Positions 12,582-26,949 of a stretch of 64,000 bases of DNA are shown here, piece by piece; position 1 is the first letter of the stretch; the number at the start of each line of letters is the position of its first letter. The position numbers and the translations under genes are program-made. The stretch spans positions 69,814,001-69,878,000 of the forward strand of contig CM059438.1 in NCBI GenBank assembly GCA_030390025.1, written 5' to 3'. This DNA is from Squalus acanthias. Taxonomy: Eukaryota. A model generated the notes under the pieces. It made no database searches, was not told the DNA's origin, and worked only from the letters and a program-made list of their open reading frames with translations.

Positions 12582-13254
12582 CCTGCTATGCTGAAGTTCC
12601 CCTGAGGAATAGATAGCTGTGAATAAGCAGTCACACAGGATGGGGCTCATGCCTGCAGTTTGAAGGAATCCTTAGTAAAGTAGAATTAATTCGTAGCCTC
12701 GGTAATGTCAGTTTCTGATCTCTTTGCTAGCGAAAACTCGTACCGTGACTCTCCAGCAGCTTAAGTCATATTTCCACAACAAATGAAAGTTTGAAATGTT
12801 GGATGCACCGTAGATCCAACATGGAACTGATCTGCTAAAATCCCAAAGAGAAAATTAAAAATGATCAAAGGATGCTGAATCAAAAGATTAAGTGGAGGCA
12901 AGAGTGCCCTACACTTAAAATATATCCAGTCCTATGGCAAAGTGGCTTAATGATGGCTTTTGACATTTGTGGCACTGTGAAGAAAATTTGAACAAGACTA
13001 TATGTGACCAAACTCTAAGGTCCAATCCATTACTTCATTTAAGATTGCCAGAAGATTTGTTAATACAACTGAATATGGCTGTAAGGATAATTCATAGTTC
13101 TATGCCTGTCTGACAGCAGAGAAGGAATGTGTGTAGGACACCTTCCTTGGGAGAAGTTATTACTGTATAAGGGTATCCTGACTGTGCATTAGTGGGTGAC
13201 CAAATCGAGGGCAGTGAACTGCTTTGAAATAGTGCTGTGGGATCAACATTGATC

Positions 13255-13460
13255 AGATGGGATTTATGTCCACCTGAGAGAGCAGATGGGGCCTCAGTTT
13301 AACGTCTCATCTGAAAAACGGCTGCTCCGACAGTGCAGCACTCCCTCAGTTCTGCATTGGAGTGTCGGCCTAGATTTTGTACTCAAGTCTCTGGAGTGGG
13401 ACTTGAACCCACAAACATATGACTCCAGAGGCAAGACTGCTACCACTGAGCTACAGCTAG
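13255..13460 (-). mobile_element. DeuSINE (SacSINE1/AmnSINE1-like), 5' half
   Basis: Reverse complement matches the tRNA-like head and central domain of the copy at 41250-41680. Confidence 0.8.
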
Positions 13461-13489
13461 TTTAGGAAGAAATGGAAGAACGACGCCTG

Positions 13490-14030
13490 GAGATAATTTT
13501 TTTATAAAAAGACGCTGTATTAAAAAAGTTAATGGGACTGAAAGTAGAAAAGTTACCAAGTCCAAATAATACATACCCCAGAATACTGAGAGAGGTTAGA
13601 GGTAACATAGGGGTGGCATCATTTTTCAAAGATCTTCGGAAATGGAAATTGCGCCAAAAGACTTGAGTTAAATGTTAAACCTGTGTTCAAGAAAAAGGAA
13701 AGGGATGAGCCAGGAAATTGTAAGCCAGTTACTCTTACCTTGGTTGTAAGTAAACGTCTAGAATATCTTGCATGGAATTAAATTAGCGTTAATGAGCTAA
13801 TTAGGGACCATCAGAATGATATCAATAGGTTAGCAGAGTGGGCAGTTGCATGGCAGATGCAGTTCAGTGCAGAGAATGATCAGTACATTTCAGTGAAAAC
13901 AACAGTGTATGCCAAATAATAAGACTCTTAATGAAGTCTAGTGATGCAAATGCTTAGATCTTTAAAGCTTGTAGTGAGGTATAATGGCAATAAAAAGGCA
14001 AATGAGATTCTAGGTATCATATCTTGGATA
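13490..14030 (+). mobile_element. Highly degenerate CR1 ORF2 fragment
   Basis: AATGTTAAACCTGTGTTCAAGAAAAAG..CCAGGAAATTGTAAGCCAGTTACTCTTACC (NVKPVFKK..PGNCKPVTLT), and AGGTTAGCAGAGTGGGCA..TGGCAGATGCAGTTC. Confidence 0.7.
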
Positions 14031-14189
14031 TAAAAGCTATGAACGCAGAAAGGCCTGCAGAAAGGCCAATTTAGTTCAAAGGGCTTCATAATTCAAGAAA
14101 AGGTCACTACCTATTTCCTTCAGTGGATGTTCTCACCAAATGCCTACTCAAGAAGATCAAGGTAGCAGACACCTCTTGTTGATGGCCTG

Positions 14190-14310
14190 ATACAAAAGGA
14201 ATAATAAGGACAAAAAGCTCATGGAGAAGTCTTGAATTAGTCTAAATTGGATTGATGGTTATATTGGTGACCTTTGCCAAAGTTGTGCCCCCGTTGCAAA
14301 GGCTTTATTG
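14190..14310 (+). mobile_element. Possible fossil Gypsy integrase zinc-binding region
   Basis: Broken translation GIIRTKSSWRS../..IDGYIGDLCQSCAP resembles the Gypsy motif G-I-x-R-T-K..W-W-P-x-I-D-x-x-I-x-x-x-x-x-x-C-x-x-C. Confidence 0.4.
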
Positions 14311-17300
14311 CAATCCACCCAAGTGTACAAAAAATATCTGCAAGAGTTATTTCACACTGAGATCCAACATAGCCAGAGATTTGATTTGAAATGTTTGCCC
14401 ATGACAATTAATGTAATCCTTGAGATGCATGAAGCTTCGGCAATTGCTGTTCTCTTCACATTGTAATAGACAGGTTAGATATGGCTGACAAAGAGTGCTG
14501 TAATACTTTGACTATTGCAGTTGTGATCCGGAATGTGCTGGACAACTTCAACAACAGTGGAAAGATAGAATATGCCTTCCTGAAATTATGAATTAAAGGA
14601 ACAAATTGTGATGAATAGAAATGTTCGAACTATAGTTCAAAGTCTTTCCAATCCTTGACCCATGCTGATTACGTGGCAGTATTATTAAATTAGCTAAAGG
14701 TGCGATCACAAATGCTGCTAATTTTTGTCATTCACTCAGGTGGTTTGTTTAAATATGCATGTGAACTGAAATGGAAACCCTTTGCACTTTGTTGTTGAAT
14801 GGTAATGAATCCAAAAATCTACCCATGTGTAACAGTCATTGGCCCAATAGAGGAATGGGAAAAACACTTCAGCTGCGAAGACGAGTTTATTTTATCTTTT
14901 AACAGCTCTAATGTAATGTGTACAGCTTGCTGAGCCCAACCCTGCAATAAGGATCTTCAAGTTCATCAGTTCTTTCAGGGAACAGCTTAGCAGTGACCTG
15001 AATGGTCAAACTCTATTTTTCCCATCATATCAAGTACCAATGTTGAAAGATTGTTGGCAAAGATATAACATTTTATGGGTCAGAAAGAAAGGCACAAAAG
15101 TCCAAGGAAACACTAAAAGGGTACATTAAGATTTATTGTGAGAAGTTTGATTTATGAACAATGTCTGATTTTAAATAAGATGTCGATAAATAAGTTCATT
15201 GAAGCTATTTGCACTGTTGAAACGTTTTACAGTTCACTATGTTGATAATGACTTTATTTAAAGGGAAACAAATACTGAAAAGTAAACACTGGAAAGCCAA
15301 ATTACATTATAAATGACGATTTGACTTGCATATAAGTTGCAAACTAGAGGACATAGGTTATAGTCAGCTTAAAGAGACACTGGAGCTGAGAAGAATTTCC
15401 AAACCAAGCTGCTAAGAAATCTACAACTGTAGAATTTGTTTCCTAGATATGGAGTGAGAATTCTCTCCCTATAGGGACACACAACACTTAAGTAAGGCGA
15501 TAGAGTTTTCACACAGACTATCGGAGTCAAGGCTAAGGGACTCACAAGTGTACGCAGGAGTACCTTGGCAGTTTAACCAGCAAACCATGCCACTGAACAA
15601 TATAATCCAATGGTAAGCTTCCTGTCACTCCTTCAGTTACAAGCATCCTACCTATTAGGGCATTGCCTTCCAAGATTATCTGGAACTGAGTAGAAACAAT
15701 TTCAGCTCCAAGTGACAGATATAACCCTCAAAGTTCCATTATTGAGTCAGGCTGCTGGTTACTGCGGACTTGCCTGGTTAGGATATTGGATTATCAAGTT
15801 TGCTACAGCAGGTTGACTTGCTTCGGAACATCCAACATCAGGTATGTTACCTTGGAGTCATCTTGACCCCAGAGATATCTTCCTAACCTTTCTTCCCCTC
15901 ACTTGCCAATCCCTCTCCAAAGGAGGGTGGTCATTAACTAGTTGGCAATTGCAGTTATGAGCCCTCAAGCTCCACAAGAGTGGCATGGTGAGCAGCTTAC
16001 CTCACCATAAAGCATATGATTGCATTGCCACCGTCCTCCTGGTCACAATGTCTACTCTCTTCTTCCACCACCATCTATAGCATTGTAATTATATCAAGCG
16101 ACTAACAGCAAAAGTAATTGAGGCTATGTCTATTTAATTTCTTCAAAATGTTGGGTTCAAAATGCGCTTGGAGGCAGATGTGGACTGAAATGAGCAAATA
16201 CTTTGCAGGACACAATGGTTGCAGTACTGCTGCAGTTGGTGTGTGAAGGGGAGGGTGGGTCAGCAGAGGTCTAAAAGTGAAAATGTTTTAACAGACTGGG
16301 ATTTTGCTTTTATGGATCAGGGATTATATATCCAGACCATCATTCACAATTGGGTAGAGCCTCTGATAGAATGGCTCATTCATGAAATTAATAGGACTTG
16401 ATAGGTCGAATGGCCTTTTCTCATTTCATGCCTTCTCATTTTCTTGCATGTAAAGTTCACAATTCTACTTGTACTCTCACGTGGAGGGAGTGAGAAGAGA
16501 CCAGGTGATTCCCTGTGAAAGAGAAGCTAAATTAGACCAGGAGCTGGTTGTAGCCACGCTTTGGAACTCTTCTGTTCAGCTGTAGACCAGTACTGTTAAA
16601 GGCCTGGGAGAAGGGTTCCTCTTCACCCACTTGGCCAGGAAGTAGAGTAAGGCCCAGGTCAACCTAAAGAGAAGGGAAGCTATATGAAGAATAAGAGTCT
16701 TGCAATCATACGCTGCAAACCAACAAAGGAAAGTGAAGCAAGGGTTGATTTCTAGATTCCACATTACTTTTGGTGCACAGTCAGAATTGTTCGAAGTGTT
16801 TCGGGCGAAAATAAGAAGATGGGAACAAAGTAAAGCTGTTTTTTTCCTCCATTCAGTTTTTTAAGAATTGTTTAGTTTTATCTCAGAATAAACGATTGTG
16901 AGCCAATTTCTTGCAAAATAGGTCTTCCGTATCATCTATATTGGTTTTAATGTCATTACTTTGGGGATAATTGAAGTGCAAAATAAATTGCTTCCTATAT
17001 TGGGTAATGAAGTGTGCATTCAAGTATTTCAAATTATTGAAGTAATTGCTGGAAAAATTACTTACCTAAGTGTCTTTTATTGAAGCTTTTTTTTAAATGT
17101 ATTTGATGAAACTGCCAGCTGAGAGAATGTTTCTAACTTTTATGCTTTTTAATGAGGTCTATGAAAGGTGATTTGTCCATCTGCACGTGTTGCTGGGTTT
17201 TTAATGGTCCTGATAGTCATTATTTTGGACTTGTAACATGAAGGGTTTACTTCTATATCGGGCAGAAGCTCCTATATAAGAGCCAGAGTCAGATGAAAAA

Positions 17301-20124
17301 AGAGACAGGGGTAGTAATGGGGCCGAAAGAGGCCGCATCAACATTTGCCCAGACCAGAACATTCTTCATTTGGGCCAGATGCTGCCAGTGGTGGAGTTAA
17401 ATCTGTACGACTGAAATGAAACACATCAGAATAAATTAGGAAACTTTTGATCAAAAAACGATTCAGTAAATCAGCTGCTCACTGAAGCCTTATGTTCTGT
17501 TTTAAAAATAGTAGTTTTTAAAAAGTTTATTTACTTTTCATCAGTCGTTTCTTTCAGCTGAATTAAATGCATTCAAAAAGAAATTAACAAATCCCTGATC
17601 TAATAAGGATAAGAGGAATACAGGCAAGACGGTGTAAAAATGGTCTGGATGAATCCTGACTGATATTTTTCGAACCCTGTGGGAGATGTGCAAGCCTCTG
17701 CTGTAGTATCCAGGACCGTTAATTACAGAGTTACACATGTTTCCAGCAGAAGGATTCTGCTTCTATAATTCATTTAGTAATAACCTGGCTGACTCGAGGA
17801 GAATCAAGGGATCGGGTGGAAAAGTGGTGTTGAGGTCGAAGATGAGCCATGATCTTACTGAATGGCGGAGCAGGCTCGAGGGGCCGTGTGGCCTACTCCT
17901 GCTCCTATTTCTTATGTTCTTATGAAAGATAGAGGATCAGATTAGAACAAGGCTGCCTTAACAAGGATCCAACTGAAATGATGACTGAGAGCGAGCACTG
18001 CTTTTTCCTGCAGTTTAGTTTAACACAGGTTCTCCCCACACATCAACACTCCACCTCTGACAGCATGACTGAGATTGGGAGCTTCCTGTTCAGGGCATCT
18101 TGGGTCCAAACTCATGCTTATGACTTGGTGCTCACAAGTGCCATCTTAAATATTTGAATGTGATAGTAGCCCATTAATCCTGAGATCCATATGAAAGTCT
18201 GGCCCAAAAAAACCTTCAATGTAAGTATTTGTGACTCCATGTTCACTTCTGCCCCGTTTTATGACAGATTAATTTTGTGACTTGGAACCAGCTCAATGTT
18301 TAATATTGTAAGTCAACCTGTGCCACGAGTCAGTCCTTAAGAGGAGAGATTACTGTTTTTTTTACTTTCTCAATTTGATCCTTCATAATCTTGTCACCTG
18401 TGTACCATAAAATCCTTGCTGAGTGACTCTCATTAAGTCTGTCCTTCTCCGAATTCATGTTCTTCTCCCCCCACCCCCCCCAATGCAGGGAAATATGTCT
18501 TATTAGTTTCCGATTATAAAATGGATAGGTAACAACTTGTAAAAGAAACCAATGTTTAAAGGTAAGATACTGGCCAGAAATTGTGAAAATTAATCCCTGC
18601 TAATGTTAGGCTAACTAATTCTGTTCCCTTCCAGTGTGCAGTTCCTTATGTCTTTTTAGGTCCTCTTTCTCTCTCCCGTGCCATATTTCATTCCCTTATA
18701 AACAAGCTGGTCTGCTCACCTGTTGTCAAGCTTGTGCCAATATGATTTTTTAGCCAACTCTTGGAAAACCATGAAGTCGGCCTTGGTTGAGTTGCCCTCT
18801 CATTTGCTCTCCTTCCCTCAAGGCAAGCCTCAATTTTCCATACTGTGCATCCTCCAGACAGCCTAGATGAGGTGAGAATTCACTGTAGGCATGATCCCAG
18901 GACCTCATGATGTGTGGCAAAGTGCATCAGTAAATCATTGGGCTGCACCTCCTAGACTGTCACACAGAATCAAAGATGAACTTGGAGATTGTGGCCCTGC
19001 AAGTTCATTGAACTAATTCCCAAAGATCATAAATACACGATTAGATCAAGTGATCAGATTAGTCCAAGAGAGCCTGTATTGATGCACAAAGTAGGAGATG
19101 TAGGTTTGATCCATTCATTGATTGCTGGCCAGCCCTCTGCCTGCAGAAGATGGGGAGTTTTCATTAAGTTATTTTATATTTTCTAGTATCTGGTGGAAAG
19201 CAGCATATGTGTGGTGCGGTGGGTGGAGAGTAATTGGTTCTATATTCATTATGACCGCATTCGACAGTAGAATGCTCATTGAGTAATTTTGGCCATTGGA
19301 GATTTTCAGCCATTCAGAAAAAGATAAGCAAAGGGTTAAATAAATACAAAGGCGGCATTGAGTGTCGAATGCTTCGTTTTCGTGTGCAAGAAAAACAAGT
19401 TTTATTTGTCAGTGAAATATCGTCTGGACACAATTTATTTTTTCTTGTCAAATACCCCCACTGCCTTTCTTAATCATGTGACACTTCATGATAAAACTCT
19501 ACAACCATATTAATGGTGATTGTTGGCAAAAATGAAAAGTTAGCGATTGTAATCAAAATTACACACTCAAGTCCAGAATTGGGGGAAAGAAAATACAAAA
19601 TTACAATGTGAAAACCAATTGCTCTGTCCTCGCAAGCCCGCAAGTGTTTCAGTTGTCTGTTTTTTATATTTCATTGATACCATTGAGTTTCCTTTTGGGC
19701 CTTTTCCTCCAATAACCCAATTGGTTCCACCTGATAGGAAATATTCCAGTATTCATAAATGTAGCTCTTTAACTGCTGAGCCTGGAGCTGCAGGACATGC
19801 ATCAAGAGCAGGAAGAGATGAACAGTCAGTATATGTGTGGAGTGATATCAGGAGATTGTAAAAGTTCCAATCCTTTCACTGTTGAAATATGGATGCTTCT
19901 GCCATTTTAAAAGGGCACTTTTTTGTGGAAAGATATTTTGTCAAACTTTTTATTATGTGGGGATGGAGAAGAGCTGTACATTTCTTGTCTTGATAACATT
20001 ACATGATAGGTTTTATAAAGTTCCATTTGATCTGTGTTGCCAAAAACTTTTCTCATTGGTTCACAAATATTTTTTTATGAAGATGGTGATCTTGTGAGCA
20101 ATCACTGCTCAATGATGAGGTGAG

Positions 20125-20460
20125 GCTCAATGGTAGTACTAGAGCTTCTGAGTCTGAGGTGAGACTTGAGTTCACTACTCAGGTGGATGTAGAAGATCCT
20201 GTGGTGCTTTTTGAGGAAGAGCAGGGGAGTTCTCCCCGGTGTCTTGGCCAATATTTATTCCTCTACCAACATCACTAAAACAGATTATCTGGCCATTGAT
20301 CACATTGCTGTTTGTGGGACCTTTCGGTACCCAAATTGGCTGCTGTATTTCCTTACATTACAATATGAGCTACACTCCAACAGTACTGAATTGGCTGAGA
20401 TAATCTTTGGGATGTCCTGAGGTTATGAAAGGTACTACATAAATGCAAGCTCTTTCTTTT
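20125..20460 (+). mobile_element. DeuSINE with internal deletion
   Basis: Contains GAAGAGCAGGGGAGTTCTCCCCGGTGTCTTGGCCAATATTTAT and a ..GAAAGGTACTACATAAATGCAAG tail. Confidence 0.82.
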
Positions 20461-20822
20461 ACCAACAATTATCTCCTGAAATTTGGCAAATATTCAGCAG
20501 AGACTGGGGTGGAGGGAGCGGATAGAGGTATGTTCAGTTTCAGGATGAAAATTTATAGATGGTCCCTTAACGTGAGCAAGGGTCAATGTTTCAATTAAGT
20601 ACAAACAGATAGAACCAGAATGGAGGTTTTTATTTAATGTAATGTAAAGTTTTTTTACAGCCATAATAAATCTAGTTATTATTTCTTTTGCATTCAGTGG
20701 TGGATTATTATAAAGCATAAAAATGATCTAAATACAAGAATGACATGGAGGAGGGGAGGAGTAGCCACCTGTCTCCAAGTACACCAAAGATACTGTGATA
20801 CTAACTGGATTAAATGGACACA

Positions 20823-21125
20823 CAACAACAACTTGTATTTATATAACGCCTTTAACGTAGTAAAACGTCCCAAGGCACTTCACAGGAGTGTTATAAGACA
20901 AAAAAATTGACACCGCGCCATATAAGGAGAAATTAGGGCAGGTGACCAAAAGCTTGGTCAAAGAGGTAGGTTTTAAGGAGCGTCTTAAAGGAGGAAAGAG
21001 AGGTAGAGAGGCAGAGAGGTTTAGGCAGGGAATTCCAGAGCTTAGGGCCTAGGCTGCAGAAGGCACGGCCACCAATGGTTGAGCGATTATAATCAGGGAT
21101 GCTCAAGTGGGCAGAATTAGAGGAA
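20823..21125 (-). mobile_element. L2 LINE 3' end
   Basis: Reverse complement matches 30700-30960 (CTCTGGAATTCCCT..CTCCTTAAAACCTACCTC..) and ends in (GTT)n. Confidence 0.85.
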
Positions 21126-23767
21126 AGGCGTCATCTCTCCTTATATCACTGTGCATATTCCAACGTTGTTGCAAGCAGATGATTGTGTAGTGCCAACGGA
21201 GGAGTCCTGCAAATGCAGATATCTTTAAAAATGAAGTTCTTTGTAAAACTGGAACGATAGATGTGCTCAGTGTTTAAAGACTTGCAGTTGATAGTAATTA
21301 ACCCTTAGAGAAGCCTTCTCCTTTAATGCTGTTTGCTTAATCTTCCAAAGTGTAACACAGGCCAAAGGTGCATACACCAATGATGAAAATTAAAGCTCAG
21401 AAGAATAAGATGCGATTTGTCTGATCGATGTTTTATGTTTAAAAAAAGTTTTGGTTAGAGGCATAAAAATGCCACGCTCTCATAATGGTATATTATGTAG
21501 CTGTCTGAGGAATCATCAGCAATGCCTACATCATTGGTGATTTTTGATACAGATCATCCTTGAATATAAGGGTTCAGTGGCTTCCTGAGGAGCGAAAATG
21601 CATTGACTGAATTCAAATGAGATCTGCAATGTCCGAGGAGATTCAGCATGAATGAAGGGAGAGGGACATCTCTCCAGTCCTGTGTACGTTGTCTGAGCTT
21701 AGACAGTGGGAAGATAGAATACCTTGTGGTCAGTCGTGTGAAACAATAAATAGGCCGACAGAGAGATAGCTCATGCATATTGCATTTTGATCAGAAGTCG
21801 CAACTTGGTGTACTTATCTGCTGTTGAAGACGTGGTCTATTTATAACACAGCGTATTTCTGAACAAGTTTCCAAAAATGAATTTTAATGAGCACTTCGTG
21901 GCTTTTAGCCCAAGAAGACCAGTTGAAAGCACTGCATGATGTCACTTTGACATTGTGGTTCCATTTTGAAGCAACTTGAGTAAGTTTTGTTTTAATGTTA
22001 AATAGTTTCACAACTGTAAATGCAAAACATTTCATTTTGAAATCAAAGTGGCGCAGTATTTATTGTTTTGGTCAGTTAAATAAATGGTATGATTTAATAT
22101 CACTTCTGTGCTAAATGATTTAGAATTCATTTATTCTTGGCCCTCTCCCTTTCTCTCTCTCTCTCTCCTTTCCTCACTCTGATTGATTGAAGGGTGCGAT
22201 TCAGTTCCTGTCATTGGACACTAAGGTTAGGTTGTCATTAGTGTGACTTACCCTTCATAGAGCAGTCTTAGGTGACTCAGCGGGGCGGGAAGGGACGTTT
22301 GAAATGGTTATTTGAAATGATATTCCAATTATCATGATTATTAATGTAGCCTTACAACAAAATTATTAGCAGCATTAATAAAACCTCTCACCTCAGTGAA
22401 CTGCTTCACATGAGTCCACTAACACATAGATGAAGCTCCATATTTTTTTTAAGTCTTTCAAAATATAAGAAAAAACTTGCATTTGTATAGTGCCTTTCAT
22501 GACCTCAGGATGTTCCAAAGCGCTTTACAACCAATTAAGTATTTTTGAAGTGTCGTCAGACAGTGGCATTCCAGATTGGCTTGGAGCAGTGTGACAATTT
22601 CATAACCACAGTGGTTGACTGTAAACCGCGCCCCCTCCCCCACAAATTAAATTTGTCACTCGCTAGTTTTCTAGTCTACTACACAAATGCAATTATTTAT
22701 CATCTCACATCACACGACCATACCTGAGATTGATTTATAACACTTGTGTATTCATTTTTAATTATAACTTGTGTACCTCACGGTGAGGTTGAAATATTTT
22801 CCACTTCTTGCACCCATTGTCAAAGTTTAGCACCTTCACGTTATCTGTGACTGAGGTTAGATGAAAGGTAAAAATCCTGCTAACCTGTCCCAACAATGAG
22901 ACTTAACCGAAATTTTAGAAGACAACTCCTAATGCACCAGATTGATATTTCCATTTTCCGCAAAGTAGCATCAGGTACAAAAAAGACTTAACTGCAGTAT
23001 CACAGAATTGGTCCCTTAAATTAGGCATTGCGATTAAGACGAAGTAGTTGACTAAAAAATCCTTTCTCATTACCTGTGGCCTGTCTATGGAAACAAATTG
23101 CCCTGCTTGCATTAAGTCTTAGAATGAATTATTTTCTATGGTACACGGCAACGAGAAGCATTCTGTTGATAAATGTTAACCAGGCTATTCTGATAACAAT
23201 TACTACTAGACACTTTTAAAGTACATTGGGGTCATGGATGACCAATTCCTTTTGCAGTAGGACAAAATTTGCTAATAAGGAATGAAAGCGAACTTGCCAA
23301 CCTGTCATGGTAGCCTACTAGTATTTACCCACCTCATCCACCTACTCCGTTAGCCTGATTAACGTACCAACATAATTTTCCAGACATACTGCAGTATTTT
23401 TATGACTTGCTCTGGAGCACTAGATTAAGCACAGTGCTTTTTCTCAGGGAGGAAAGTGTACTGACAAAACCAATTGTGCCTCACAACAAAAATGCACAGC
23501 TACAAGTTTGGTTGCGACTGTGCCTGTCTCACTTTCATGGTTGAAGGAGAAAATGCTGCAGTGAAGAAAGCAAAAAAGACTTTGCCTATTTTTAGAAACA
23601 GAAAATGTATTTGATTCGGTAACAAAATTATGGCATGAACTCGTATGTAATTGGTTCCAGCAACCGTGGTTTGTTAGCCTTGGTTTGTACGAAGTGTGCT
23701 TCTCCTGGACTCGGCAGACTGGTGCCTCAGGGCAACCCAGGTCCCCATTCTCCTTCGCCTCTCTCTT

Positions 23768-24084
23768 TCACAGAATCACAGAATCCCCACAGTGCAGATA
23801 GAGGCCATTTCGGCCCATCGAGCCTGCACCGACACATATCCCACCCTATCCCCATAACCCCACGTATTTAATCCCCTAACACTAAGGGTCAATTTATCAT
23901 AGCCAAATCAACCTAACCCGCACATCTTTTGGACTGTGGGAGGAAACCGGAGCACCCGGAGGAAACCCACGCAGACACGGGGAGAATGTGCAAACTCCAC
24001 ACAGACAGTCACCCGAGGCCGGATTCGAACCCGGGTCCCTGGCGCTGTGAGGCAACAGTGCTAACCACTATGCCACCGTGTTGC
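23768..24084 (-). mobile_element. HE1-type V-SINE
   Basis: tRNA-like head with A box TGGCATAGTGG and B box GGTTCGAATCC, V-domain GTCTGCGTGGGTTTCCTCCGGGTGCTCCGGTTTCCTCCCACAGTCCAAA, and a CR1-like tail ending (GATTCTGT)n. Confidence 0.9.
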
Positions 24085-26949
24085 CAGTTCATTCGCTTTC
24101 ACACGCTGCAGGAACGTGTACTTTTTGAATGCTTGATGTGTTCAATATGCTGCTCGCTTTAAGTTAGTTGGAATAAGATCAGCTTTTTATTTTCTTTGGT
24201 TGAAGGGGCATTTTTCACCCCAAGCTTTTTCCTCTGGGGAAACCCAATGCAACATGGTGGCAGACGGCATTTCCAACAGAATCTATTCAAGAAGACACTT
24301 GGTCAAAGTTGCATGGCCCACAGTTTTTAATTTCACAATCTCTGGCAGTTATGATGATGGATATCCTGAAAAGTATGGTTTCAACAGCAAATACAAGAAC
24401 ATTCATCAGCTCTAATTTACATCCCCAAATTCTTCTTTCTGTTTGTACCACAGTTTACAAAAGTAATTACCTTGAGAATTAGATGCAAGTATTTTTCTCT
24501 CTGACATGTATTGATGTGCAAATTGAACAATAGTTCCACTTTTTTTCCTTCATGATATCTATTCTCAGTTGTGGCACGTTCTTTGTGAAACAAAAAAAAG
24601 ATTTCATATAGCTGATGTCATCATGTGACCCTTTTCATCAATATAGCTGGGCCTTCTTTAACGGCTGATTTTTTGCCCCACTTATTTTAGATCTACGTCT
24701 GCTGTATCTTTAGTCCCGAAAGGATAAATAGTCAAGCAGGCACCCTGCTCCCAAGTGTTTGCCAGAGCTAATCTAGATCGACCATGAGGAAGTGTTTCGC
24801 AATAGCCCGGAATCACTCCTAGTTTCCTTTAGTTTAGAGAATGATTAAGATACAGGTGTCAGAATACATTATAAAGACCATGCACAATACTCCAAGCGCT
24901 TCAGAAAAATAACATAATGGTGGGTGTTCAGTCTGCTGTCCTGTTCGATGATGCAGAGGGCTGTTTGTATACATGAAAAGTGCTAGCACCCTGATTTATA
25001 CTGGTCAGACTGGAAGCAAAAAAACTTGTGTGAAAAATGTGGGGGAATCTATCTTGTATAATTCTCAACCTTTTTTTTCCCTAAAAAATGAAGTACGTGG
25101 CCCAAGGAGGAATTAACTTCTGCTTGTTTTCTTTTCCCTTTCCCCAACTCACCTTGAAAGCAAAAGTTGACAAATATCGCAAACATGAGCCTCTGCTACT
25201 GCGTGGGTGGGGTGAGGTGGAGGGGTGGGGGTGGCAGGCAGTGAGCTGCATAGACTTAGACCTTTTCAGTGACTTATCCATATGGATGGGCATCTGATAA
25301 ATAACCAGTGATTGACGCCCCTCCATTCTAACCAGAGCCATTGAAATTTTCCCATTGGGAAAATGAGTGAGTCTGAATGACAGCTCAGAATGGGATTTGA
25401 ACCAATGCCTGCAGATTGTAAATCCAGCACACCAACACTAAAGCCACCCCTCACATGGCATTTTTATCAAGAGCAGCCCTCCTTGTCTACTCGTATTTGT
25501 TCTAAGACACTAAACTAGTTTGCTGATCTACCAACTGGATACCCAACAGCCCAGAAACAGGAGTCATTTGTTTTTTTTAACACATCAGTTTAAGAACTCA
25601 TGAGGCTTTTTATTAATCAAAATAGTAGTTAAATCTAATTTTGGCATTACAAAGTGTGCTTACTCAGTTTGACTATCAAGTAATAGAACTTACAGATGTA
25701 ACATTTTCACATTTTAATGATAAAATTGACACGTTGTAGCCGCTGATGTGACTCAAGATACAGTGCAGTCATTGATGCAGAAGTTCAAGGAGAGTTTTCG
25801 AACAAACACGCCAATTGAGATCTCCCACCTTCAGCAGGCACCACGCAGCACATCCACAGGACGAAAGAAAGGAAGGAGGAATAAAAATAGAGGTAGGACA
25901 CATAACTACCATTGTTAAGTATACTTCTAAATATCCATTTAAGATAAGAGGTGATGGTAGGGTTGGTGGTGGAGGTGGTGGTACTGGTGGTGGTAGAATG
26001 CATGCACTGAAAACAAACAATCCAGCTTGCTAATTTTTGAATTATTATAGATTCTAGAGATTCTCCTGAATCAAAGTCTCTTCTCCTAGCACCCCTCCCC
26101 CCACCCACCCACCTTTCTATGCTGCATACTATCAGCGCAACACGAGTTACATTCATTTTGTTACAAACTGTGAATTTAAACATGGGGAGGCAATACGCTA
26201 GGCTTTGCAGCAATGGTTTAGTTGCCCAGTCTGTCATGCTTCTCCTCCCCATGCAGGAACCCTGACTCAGAAGCAATCCGTTTCTGCAATAAATACGCTG
26301 AGTTTGACTTTTATAAAGCTCAGCCTAATGAGCTGACACTTCTCATTGTTTTGAAGCTAATGCTGGTTCTCAGAGCAACTTTCTAACTGACCCGGATGCA
26401 TAGAATATGGTCAAAAATATCTATAAATTGTACATGTCCAGCTTGGCCTGCATGGATGAGAGAAAAGTTGAACTAAACACACAGGTAAGGGAACCACAAC
26501 TACCTGGTTTAACAAGGCTGTTAAATTTGTGGTTTGTGCAGCTGCTATTACATTGCAGGTCGACCTTCATAAGAACAACGTTGGCAAATCTGACACAGTC
26601 TTTGTGTGAACTCAATTATAAGGCATCCTTTGGCTGGCTTCCATATAGGGCAATACAAGGGTTTACGGCACATATATTCTCAGGTGTAGGAATACGTGTC
26701 CAGCTCGGCATTCGTAGTGCAACTGAAGATGATGATTCAAGACAGTGACCTCAAATGTGCCCAAGTGATCATGCTTTTACAAAATTGAAGACAAGAAATA
26801 AATTAATTGAAGCTGCATAGTATCATCAAATCCGTTAAGAACATGTTACTTATTTGCGTCAACCTGTGGAATTTAATAGGATTCCGCTTGTACTATTTAG
26901 ACAGTATTATTTGAGCTTGGGGCGGGCAACTAAACTGATGCCTAATTAA

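Noticed and set aside
24010..24084. tRNA gene
   Set aside because: The A/B-box head is fused to a V-domain and a LINE tail, so it is a SINE. The same holds at 31725-31798 and 37320-37390; the decayed head at 25380-25450 also does not form a credible cloverleaf.
23929..24162. Repeated ORF MDCGRKPEHPEETHADTGRMCKL (also at 31642)
   Set aside because: It is the antisense translation of the V-SINE domain, not a protein family.
25769..26276. Pro- or Thr-rich ORFs
   Set aside because: They are produced by a (GGT)n low-complexity tract at ~25955-25995.
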